A stretch of 64,000 bases of DNA from Bacteroidales bacterium. Its GTDB lineage: Bacteria; Bacteroidota; Bacteroidia; Bacteroidales; UBA1715. The translations under genes and the position numbers were made by a program. This document shows positions 46,917-54,241 of this stretch, piece by piece (the first letter of the stretch is position 1; every line of letters begins with the position of its first letter). The notes below the pieces were generated by a model, which was not told the origin of the DNA, searched no databases, and saw only the letters and a program-made list of their open reading frames with translations. The DNA lies in contig JAITUU010000019.1 of assembly GCA_031286165.1 (NCBI GenBank), positions 6,730 to 70,729 on the forward strand. Reading direction: 5' to 3'.

Positions 46917-49699
46917 TAAAACGGTTTTTCTTCGATTGCTTCTATGTGAAAATAATAAACATCGCGCCCATTCTCATAGCCGCGAATCACATTGCGTGAT
47001 TTTTCGGTTTCGGTAAGGAGCAAGTGCGGAGGATTGAAAAGCCATCTTTTGAAACGGCAGAATGTAATGAGTTTTTCTTTCATTTTGCTCATTTTGGCGT
47101 GTTTTGCATATTGTTCCGGCATGGAGTTTTTATATGCGTTGAATATTTCAGCACTATCAATATTACAATTAAGTTTATCGGGCTGAAAAAAATCCTCAGC
47201 CCAGAATATAAATTCTTCGGTGAGTTCCCTGCGTAGTATTCGTTGTTCTATCATATCCATTGGTGGATTTACTTTTTCGCGGAATTTCAAATAAGTATGC
47301 AGGCATTGAGCCATGAAATTATAAAACTCATTCATTTCATTTTCGGTGTAATCGATTGGAATATTTTTACCAAATTCGGTGTATGGCGAAAATTCTTTTA
47401 TTCCTTGTACCGGGTCGTCTCCATGATAATAATCGCAAAAGCCGGTAAACCAAAAACGGCGTTTGAGCGGTCCATCAAAATTTTTCGGTGCATGGTTACT
47501 CGACGCACAGAGTTTTGGTGATTGAGAAAACAGCAATGTAACTTCGTTTTTGTAGAGTGCTCGCACGTCCATACTCTGAGTAATGGGGGGCAGCAGAGCG
47601 TGCAAATCAACCACACTATCAAGGTCATCAAAGTAAAATACTTTGGTTTTGTTTAATTCTACTTTCGACCACAATTTTTCGTCTTTCAAATCAATGCCTT
47701 GCCCACCTTTTCGCTCAAAGGGGCGCACATAACTAAGACTTTCAAAAAATATTGATTTACCGGTACCGCCTTTTTTATCGCCTTTGCTGTCAAGTTCAGT
47801 TTCTATGGCATATACAAGCCACGCCTTTGCCATTTCTTTGTACCGAAACATCATGTAGCCAAGCGCAAGAACTTTACTGATAAAAAACAAGTCCTCCTCG
47901 CGTTTTTCATCAATCGTAAGCGTTTTGCCTTCCTTTTCTTTGCGCCAATAGAACTTTCCTGTATTATACAAAAACTTCAAAAATGAAAAATCTTTGTTGT
48001 TAATCGTTAGGTCAAATCGCTCACTATTAGGCATCGTATTGAGTTGCTGTGCCTTTTCCTTATATTCGTAACTCGTAGGGTTGAGTTCCGAGAGTTCCTT
48101 TCGTAAGCGCACATACGCTTTGCTATAATCTACCCGAAAGGGTTCTTGTTCTTTACGAAAAGTATGGTCTATGATTTCGTATTCGTGTATGAATTTATTT
48201 TTTTCGTTGAATTGCTTTACTTCTAAGCCTTCGGCAGTGATTCGCACGGCTGTATTTTTGAAAAAAAGATAATCGTGCTCTTTGCTCCATGTTTGAAAAT
48301 CAAGGTGTATGCGCGGTATTTTCTTTAAACTCGAAAATTTTACTTGATTACTGCGGTGTATAGTGTTAATAAGTGATTTATTGTAGTATTCCAAGTTTGT
48401 TTTCACAAAATTGATTAATTGTGTGTTTGCGTGGCTATCTACATTGTCTTCGGTAATTTCGTAAGTTATATTATTGTCTATTTGTATGAAATCAAATTTT
48501 GATTTGTTTTGCGGATTGTCAAAAGTCCACAAGCCCAATGCAGAAAGAAAACGATATAAATTATCGTTATCCAAATCGTATTTTATATTTACAATCGTTC
48601 CATCTTTATCTTTTTGCTCTACTTCACTCCAAAATTGCAGGGTATTTGCACTACGCACCAACTGTTTGAATAAGTATTCGTTTCTGGGATATTTTTTATT
48701 TCTGTAATGTACAAAAAAATCTTTTACGTCTTTACAAGGATTGCCTTTGCGGTCGCGAAAATTTTTTAAATCTTCGGGAAGATTGATAATGTGAAAATCC
48801 AAAAATTCCAAAGCGTATTTTTGCGCTTGGCGAATACCGGTAGTGTCGGTATCGTAGCACAAATAGAGTGTTTTAGCAATTCTGCGCAGTGTTTTGTGTG
48901 TGAAATTTGAAATTTCGGCACTTTCGGAATTGAAAAACAGTACATTAAATGATGTATTTGCAAAAATATTGAGCGCATCGCTGCCTCCGGAACAAAGTAT
49001 TACCTCTTCCAATGTATTGTCTTCATCGGGAGCCTTTCCCTCTATAGCTTGATTATATAGCCGCATAGTTTTTGCATTGCCCGAAATGCTGTTTTGTGGT
49101 TTTTCGCCGTAATACGAAAAACGATTGTCTTTCGAGTGGGGCTGATACAAACGACCGTAGATACCATAATCGTACAAAAAAATAGGAAATTCGGTCGTGC
49201 TGCTTATTTCCCAACATTCGGCACCGGTCTTTCCGGGTCGTATAAAACTTTCAACAGAATAGAGGTTAAATTCTCGCTCGCATATTTCGGCTGTTATGTT
49301 TTTGCCAAGTAATGAGAGTTCCGCTTCCGTAAATTGTTTGCGTTTATACGAAAACGTATCTTGATACGCAACCTTTTTGAAACCGGGTTTTGCTTCCGGA
49401 GCCGCTTTGCCATCAATTGGTATATGATAGCGTTCCGCAAGGCGGCGAATAGCATCGCCTTTACTCATGTTTTCTATTTTTGCCACAAAATCTATCACGT
49501 CCATTGTGGAATCCATACACGAAAAACACTTACAGTATTGCTTTGCCGGATTCACACTAAATGCCGGTGTTTTTGTATTGTCGTGGAATGGGCAAAATCC
49601 TGACCAACTACCCCCATTGCGTGTTAAATTTACATAGTCGCCTACCACATCTACTATGTCGGTGGCGTTTTTAATGCGGTTTATTATTGAATTATCCAC
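46916..49699 (-). CDS. Primase-helicase: CHC2 zinc finger + Toprim-like + C-terminal P-loop NTPase
   Basis: CPFHDNTKTPAFSV...CKCFSC; ILCSGGSDAL and CYDTDTTG; GGTGKS, FYFDDL, CASSN. Confidence 0.85.
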   Translation of the reverse strand: MDNSIINRIKNATDIVDVVGDYVNLTRNGGSWSGFCPFHDNTKTPAFSVNPAKQYCKCFSCMDSTMDVIDFVAKIENMSKGDAIRRLAERYHIPIDGKAAPEAKPGFKKVAYQDTFSYKRKQFTEAELSLLGKNITAEICEREFNLYSVESFIRPGKTGAECWEISSTTEFPIFLYDYGIYGRLYQPHSKDNRFSYYGEKPQNSISGNAKTMRLYNQAIEGKAPDEDNTLEEVILCSGGSDALNIFANTSFNVLFFNSESAEISNFTHKTLRRIAKTLYLCYDTDTTGIRQAQKYALEFLDFHIINLPEDLKNFRDRKGNPCKDVKDFFVHYRNKKYPRNEYLFKQLVRSANTLQFWSEVEQKDKDGTIVNIKYDLDNDNLYRFLSALGLWTFDNPQNKSKFDFIQIDNNITYEITEDNVDSHANTQLINFVKTNLEYYNKSLINTIHRSNQVKFSSLKKIPRIHLDFQTWSKEHDYLFFKNTAVRITAEGLEVKQFNEKNKFIHEYEIIDHTFRKEQEPFRVDYSKAYVRLRKELSELNPTSYEYKEKAQQLNTMPNSERFDLTINNKDFSFLKFLYNTGKFYWRKEKEGKTLTIDEKREEDLFFISKVLALGYMMFRYKEMAKAWLVYAIETELDSKGDKKGGTGKSIFFESLSYVRPFERKGGQGIDLKDEKLWSKVELNKTKVFYFDDLDSVVDLHALLPPITQSMDVRALYKNEVTLLFSQSPKLCASSNHAPKNFDGPLKRRFWFTGFCDYYHGDDPVQGIKEFSPYTEFGKNIPIDYTENEMNEFYNFMAQCLHTYLKFREKVNPPMDMIEQRILRRELTEEFIFWAEDFFQPDKLNCNIDSAEIFNAYKNSMPEQYAKHAKMSKMKEKLITFCRFKRWLFNPPHLLLTETEKSRNVIRGYENGRDVYYFHIEAIEEKPF

Positions 49700-49701
49700 A
49701 C

Positions 49702-50061
49702 CTATAAACCTTTAAAAAATTTATTTTTCATAGCCGCGCATAGTTCTTCGTAGGTAGCCATGTAGTTTAAGCCTACGGCATCGCAAATTGCCTCGTAACC
49801 CTTTGGAGTATGTTGTTCCACAAGTCCTTCAATAAAGGATTGTGAAAAACCAATTTCATAGAATAAATCGCTTTCGTCAATATTTAGATGGTAGCGCAAG
49901 TGGTACACTATATCTTCCCTATCGAAGTCGAAAAGTGTTTTTTGTTGAAAGTATTCATCTGCATACGCATTAATTATATCCTGCGGAATTTGTCGAATAA
50001 AATCGTATATTTCAAAGGATGAAATACACGTTACTGTGTTGTCGTTTATTGTTAGTTTCAT
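49702..50061 (-). CDS. Acidic hypothetical protein
   Basis: Tightly coupled upstream of the primase. Confidence 0.65.
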   Translation of the reverse strand: MKLTINDNTVTCISSFEIYDFIRQIPQDIINAYADEYFQQKTLFDFDREDIVYHLRYHLNIDESDLFYEIGFSQSFIEGLVEQHTPKGYEAICDAVGLNYMATYEELCAAMKNKFFKGL

Positions 50062-50109
50062 GTTGTTTTAGTTATTAGTGGTTAGTTATTAATTTTCGTT
50101 TTTGTACAT

Positions 50110-50144
50110 AAAAAACCGGTACAGTTCGTATTGAATTGTACCGG
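50110..50144 (-). terminator. Intrinsic terminator of cassette C
   Basis: Minus strand CCGGTACAATTC-AATAC-GAACTGTACCGG-T6. Confidence 0.75.
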
Positions 50145-50176
50145 GTAGAAGGCTGAGGAAATAAAAAAGTAAGTTA

Positions 50177-50551
50177 TTATTTCTTAAATAAGTCGGAGTG
50201 GGTTCCTAATTGAAACAAGATAAGAGTTAGTTCTTCATTATTCACTTGCCACACCAAAAGCCAATCGGGTTTTACGTGGCATTCCCATGTTTCAGCACCA
50301 TAGCCATGTAATTGGTGGGGAACATATTTAGAATCTAATCGAGCACCTTTGGCAATAGTATGAATTACTCTTTCAAGTAATCGTAAATCCAAATTGCGCT
50401 TGTATGATAATGATAATTGTTTCTTAAACTCATTGGTTGCCAATATTTGGAATATTGCATCGGAATAATCGGCAATCGTATCAAAAAACCCTCTTACCGT
50501 CATTCTTTTTTCTGATATAGTGCCGTGCTGCAACTTTCTCATTTTCTCCAA
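50177..50551 (-). CDS. yafQ: YafQ-family toxin with N-terminal extension (start uncertain)
   Basis: FKKQL...HQLHG...WECHVKPDWLLVW...LGTHSDLF. Confidence 0.85.
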   Translation of the reverse strand: MEKMRKLQHGTISEKRMTVRGFFDTIADYSDAIFQILATNEFKKQLSLSYKRNLDLRLLERVIHTIAKGARLDSKYVPHQLHGYGAETWECHVKPDWLLVWQVNNEELTLILFQLGTHSDLFKK

Positions 50552-50733
50552 TTTTTTGGCGTATGAAGCACTGAAACACGACCATATTTTACATCGTCAA
50601 ACGCTTTTTCCATGCCTGTTTTTACAGGGGTGTTTATTGTCCACTTTAATTTTTTTGCTAATTCCGAAATCAGATTAAAATCTTTCATGGGAATATTAAC
50701 GGTAACGTAAGGTTGTTCGATTGTTGTTGCCAT
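50539..50733 (-). CDS. Cognate antitoxin 3 (64 aa; start MATTIEQ)
   Basis: VTVNIPMKDFNLISELAKKLKW is homologous to antitoxins 1 and 2; MEKAFDDVKYGRV tail. Confidence 0.8.
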   Translation of the reverse strand: MATTIEQPYVTVNIPMKDFNLISELAKKLKWTINTPVKTGMEKAFDDVKYGRVSVLHTPKNWRK

Positions 50734-50758
50734 AGCCGTAAATTTTAAAATTTCTTTC

Positions 50759-50829
50759 TGCAAATATACAACGAAAACAGAAAAAACAATATTTCCTTTT
50801 TCGGTACAATTCAATATGTCAATGAACTC
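50759..50829 (-). promoter_or_regulatory. Cassette C promoter block, homologous to 33976-34045
   Basis: TATATTTG -7 box (50761-68) plus CGGTACAATTCAATA (50802-16). Confidence 0.7.
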
Positions 50830-50878
50830 GATTCCGGTGGGGTACGCACTCTTGCGCACTGATTGTAATGTTCAATTC

Positions 50879-51229
50879 TCAACTTTCAATGTTCAACTGT
50901 TCGGAGAATTGATAGATGCTGCGCACGCGCTTTACTTCCGAAGTCCACACTGTGTGGTCGAAGCCTAATTGCCTACCCGGAATATAACATCTCCAACTTA
51001 CATGGCGGGAATTATGCTCGTATTCCGAAAACATGAGTGCTTTGGTGCGTGGATACGTTTCGTTGAGTTCCAGCATTTTGAGTTGAATTTCTGCTTTCAG
51101 AGCATCGAGGCTCAGGCGCGAGGAAATTAATACATTTTCATACTGTCGGGCAATTTCGCCCATTGCAGCACATTTAGCGTTTTTCTCCGCATACACGCTC
51201 AGCGTGTGGGTAACATACAGTTCTGTCAT
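50879..51229 (-). CDS. Early hypothetical protein; start re-called at MTELYV
   Basis: Same TACGGCT-ATG leader as the antitoxins; first gene after the leftward promoter. Confidence 0.6.
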   Translation of the reverse strand: MTELYVTHTLSVYAEKNAKCAAMGEIARQYENVLISSRLSLDALKAEIQLKMLELNETYPRTKALMFSEYEHNSRHVSWRCYIPGRQLGFDHTVWTSEVKRVRSIYQFSEQLNIES

Positions 51230-51373
51230 AGCCGTAGTGGTTTTAAAACAAAAATGCCGTTTAATTTCTGCACGGCTAAGGACAGTCATTAAACAGCACT
51301 CTTGTTGTACTTTCTTTTCTGTTTACGTTTTTTTAGCCGTTACCAAGCAAACTTTTGTTTGCTTCGCAAAATT

Positions 51374-51438
51374 AGAATTAAATTCCGCAAATAACCACAT
51401 TTTTGAGAATTAAATTCATTAAAAATAGAATTAAATTC
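51374..51438. promoter_or_regulatory. Three identical 12-bp operator-like sites between divergent promoters
   Basis: AGAATTAAATTC at 51374, 51406, 51427; leftward TAATTTTG -7 box abutting the first site. Confidence 0.7.
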
Positions 51439-51473
51439 TTAAAATATTAGAAATCAATTAATTAAATTTAGAT

Positions 51474-51770
51474 ATGAAGTCAATCACAGAAATTTTAAAA
51501 GAGTTACGCGAAAAAAAAGGTAAAACTCAACAGGATTTAGCCAATGTGCTTAATTTGGAGGTTAGTAGTTATGGAAAGAAAGAACTTGGAAAAGCCGATA
51601 TAACCCTAACGCAATTAGAACGTATTTCTAATTTTTATAACATTTCAGTATTGGAACTTTTAGCATACCCCAATACTGTTTCTATTAATGAAAAACAGAA
51701 TATTAAAGGAACATTGAGTATTGAAATAAACGGAGAAAAACAAGATTTTGAGATTAATTTAAAGCAATAG
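51474..51770 (+). CDS. XRE-family HTH repressor
   Basis: LKELREKKGKTQQDLANVL...SYGKKELGKADITLTQLERIS; divergent from the lytic genes. Confidence 0.9.
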   Translation: MKSITEILKELREKKGKTQQDLANVLNLEVSSYGKKELGKADITLTQLERISNFYNISVLELLAYPNTVSINEKQNIKGTLSIEINGEKQDFEINLKQ

Positions 51771-51771
51771 T

Positions 51772-52122
51772 ATGAATTTAAAAATAAAGTGGTGGCACAT
51801 TTGCATTGTAACAATAGGACTGATGGGATTTACTTTTGCGCTTGGTTGTTTTATAGATAGCAAAGTAATATTACTCGAACAAAATTTAATATTAGGATTT
51901 GTTGGTGGTTTGGCAGCATTTATCGTTGTGGGAAATTTTGCACAGGTTTTACATATAAAACAAGATTTAGACGAAAGAATATGCAAAATTGAAAAATTAG
52001 AGGGACGAATTGAAATATTAGAACAAGTCTTTGAAAATTTAGCAAAAGAGAATAGCAATATTGGTGAACTAATAACAAAACTTGCAAAACAAATACTTCC
52101 GGAAGAAAAAACTAATGAATAG
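51772..52122 (+). CDS. Two-TM membrane protein with coiled coil (immunity operon)
   Basis: Two hydrophobic segments followed by heptads; coupled to the repressor. Confidence 0.6.
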   Translation: MNLKIKWWHICIVTIGLMGFTFALGCFIDSKVILLEQNLILGFVGGLAAFIVVGNFAQVLHIKQDLDERICKIEKLEGRIEILEQVFENLAKENSNIGELITKLAKQILPEEKTNE

Positions 52123-52357
52123 AATTATGGACTACTCTCGTTTAAAAGATTTAGATGAAAAAGTACGCAATAAAACAGCGAGCGAACAGGAGAAATTGGA
52201 ATATCTTGAAATGTTGCAAAAAAACGAATCGATTACAAAAAAACAATTGGATAATTACAGAAATGGAAAACTTAAAGATGACTTAATTACTGCTGGCTTA
52301 GCAATTGGCGGTATGTTACTTCTTGCTTGGTTGATAAATAAATTAATAAAAGATTAA
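52115..52357 (+). CDS. Tail-anchored small protein (immunity operon)
   Basis: Charged helical domain + TM LITAGLAIGGMLLLAWLI. Confidence 0.65.
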   Translation: MNRIMDYSRLKDLDEKVRNKTASEQEKLEYLEMLQKNESITKKQLDNYRNGKLKDDLITAGLAIGGMLLLAWLINKLIKD

Positions 52358-52502
52358 CATGACGTTATTTATCGCGATTATCGCAATGATTGCAACATGG
52401 GTAGGAGCATATTGGACATACCAAGCAGCCAATACTGTTCACATAATAAGTAAGAATATTGAAGTAAATGAACAAACAAGGCAAATCATACCACCTTCTA
52501 CC

Positions 52503-52537
52503 CGGTACAATTCAATACAAACTGTACCGTTTTTTTT
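52503..52537 (+). terminator. Terminator of the repressor operon, third copy of the cassette terminator
   Basis: CGGTACAATTCAATACAAACTGTACCG-T8. Confidence 0.7.
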
Positions 52538-52650
52538 GTGCTTTGCAGTAACCATATAGGAACGCACCGGCAATAAAATAAAATAGAAAAAATATATAAA
52601 CAACTGAAAATAAGCGTGAGATACAAAATAGAATAGTTTATTTTTCGACT

Positions 52651-52675
52651 GGGGTTCGATTCCCCGCACCTCCAC
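52651..52675 (+). repeat. attR core (duplicated tmRNA 3' end)
   Basis: Identical to 31556-31580. Confidence 0.92.
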
Positions 52676-52768
52676 TTTCGTTTTGCAAACGACACTGATT
52701 TTCAGTGCATTTACAAAACAAACAACAAAAACACGCGCACTTTGAAAGATTTTTCGTAATTTTGCCTC

Positions 52769-53320
52769 ATGAATACAATGAATTTCTTTCAAGAACACAT
52801 TGGTCGTTATTTGTTGAAATTGCGCTCAAAACACACGCAACGGAAACTTCATGTCAATAATTTTGAAACGGCTCACAGCATTGCCATTATGTACCACGAA
52901 ACGAGCAAGACACAGGCGCAGAAGGTAATGCAATTTGCGCAGTACATTGCGCATACCTATGCCGAAACCAGCATTTCCATAATGGCATTTCGTGCACTCA
53001 ACAAAGGCAAACAAGTGTATAAAACCGAAGATTTCAGCAAAACAATTATTACCCAAAATGATTTTTCGTGGTACGGCACAGCCAAAAGCGCAACTCTCGA
53101 AAAATTCATACAAACCCCTTTCGATATTCTTATAGATTTGAGCATGGAAGAAATTTTTCCACTCCAATACATACTGCAACTCTCTCATGCTTCGTTTAAA
53201 ATAGGAAAATTGAACAGCACCTTACACTATGATTTTATGATAGACGTGAAAAACGAAAAAAATATTGATTTCTTAATCCAACAAATTAGTGTATATTTGC
53301 CCTCTCTTAAACAAAAATAA
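52769..53320 (+). CDS. Conserved Bacteroidota protein (DUF6913-like)
   Basis: FIQTPFDILIDL...SHASFKIG...YDFMIDV; usual neighbour of dapA. Confidence 0.65.
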   Translation: MNTMNFFQEHIGRYLLKLRSKHTQRKLHVNNFETAHSIAIMYHETSKTQAQKVMQFAQYIAHTYAETSISIMAFRALNKGKQVYKTEDFSKTIITQNDFSWYGTAKSATLEKFIQTPFDILIDLSMEEIFPLQYILQLSHASFKIGKLNSTLHYDFMIDVKNEKNIDFLIQQISVYLPSLKQK

Positions 53321-53321
53321 T

Positions 53322-54209
53322 ATGTCGTTGAAAAAATTCTCTGGTACAGGGGTAGCACTGATTACACCTTTCACAAACGAAAATACGGTTGATTTTGCAG
53401 CACTTGACAATCTCATAGAATACGTAATAGAAGGCGGAGTGGACTTTCTTGTGATATTTGGCACCACCGGCGAGCCGGTTACGCTCACCGAAAGCGAAAA
53501 ATCCGAAATTTTAGAATTTATTTATCAACACGTAAACGGCAGAAAACCAATAGTGGTAGGCTGCGGAGGCAATAATACCGCCGAAACGGTAAAAGCAATT
53601 TCGGCGATAGACGACACAAAATTCGATGCAGTGCTTTCGGTGTCGCCCTACTACAATAAACCGGGTCAGCGCGGAATTTTAGAACACTACAAACACGTAG
53701 CCGCAGCCTCGAAACTTCCCGTAATTGCCTACAACGTACCTTCGCGCACCGGTTGCAATATTGAAGTAGATACTGCCATAAAAATTGCCAACGAAATTCC
53801 CAACATTGTGGGACTAAAAGAAGCATCGCCTTCGGTGGAGCAATTTACCTACATTAAACGCGCCGTACCCAAAGATTTTTTACTCATCAGCGGCGATGAT
53901 TCCATAGTGGTACCACACATGGTGCTGGGAGCCTGCGGCGCAATTTCGGTTACGGCAAATGCCGCGCCGCACTTGTATTCCTCTATGATACGCCTGTGTT
54001 TGGAGCAAAATTATACCGAAGCACTCGAAATTCACCTCAAACTCATTGAATTTACCGACAGCCTTTTTACCGAAGGTAGCCCTGCCGGAGTAAAAGCAGC
54101 ACTTGCCCACAAAGGATTGGTAAAAAACAATCTCCGCTTGCCGCTTGTGCCGGTAACTGCCGCTCACGAGCAATATATACAATCACTTTTGAAACAACTT
54201 GCACTATAA
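53322..54209 (+). CDS. dapA: 4-hydroxy-tetrahydrodipicolinate synthase
   Basis: ALITPF, GTTGE, VSPYYNKP, YNVPSRTG, GLKEAS, SGDD. Confidence 0.95.
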   Translation: MSLKKFSGTGVALITPFTNENTVDFAALDNLIEYVIEGGVDFLVIFGTTGEPVTLTESEKSEILEFIYQHVNGRKPIVVGCGGNNTAETVKAISAIDDTKFDAVLSVSPYYNKPGQRGILEHYKHVAAASKLPVIAYNVPSRTGCNIEVDTAIKIANEIPNIVGLKEASPSVEQFTYIKRAVPKDFLLISGDDSIVVPHMVLGACGAISVTANAAPHLYSSMIRLCLEQNYTEALEIHLKLIEFTDSLFTEGSPAGVKAALAHKGLVKNNLRLPLVPVTAAHEQYIQSLLKQLAL

Positions 54210-54241
54210 CAGGCTGTTTTTTTTCATTTTTATAATTTACT

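Larger units (their letters stand above)
31556..52675. mobile_element. ~21.1 kb integrated element at tmRNA; putative tailless membrane-containing provirus
   Basis: 25-bp att repeat, adjacent tyrosine integrase, repressor, primase-helicase, P-loop packaging-type ATPase, virion-like and lysis genes; no terminase, portal or tail genes recognised. Confidence 0.9.

Noticed and set aside
50129-50816. IS/MITE with 15-bp terminal inverted repeats
   Set aside because: No transposase and no target-site duplication seen; the shared homology extends beyond the 15-mers on both sides. Kept only as an alternative to the antiterminator model.
31556-52675. Interpretation as a decayed tailed prophage, PICI/satellite or ICE
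   Set aside because: No terminase, portal, HK97, tail or relaxase/T4SS motifs; ORFs are intact and tightly coupled, and the element has its own virion-like and lysis genes. Very divergent homologs cannot be excluded without HMM searches.
52651-52675. Apparent extra tRNA or second tmRNA
   Set aside because: Only the T-arm and acceptor 3' half are present; it is the attR duplication.
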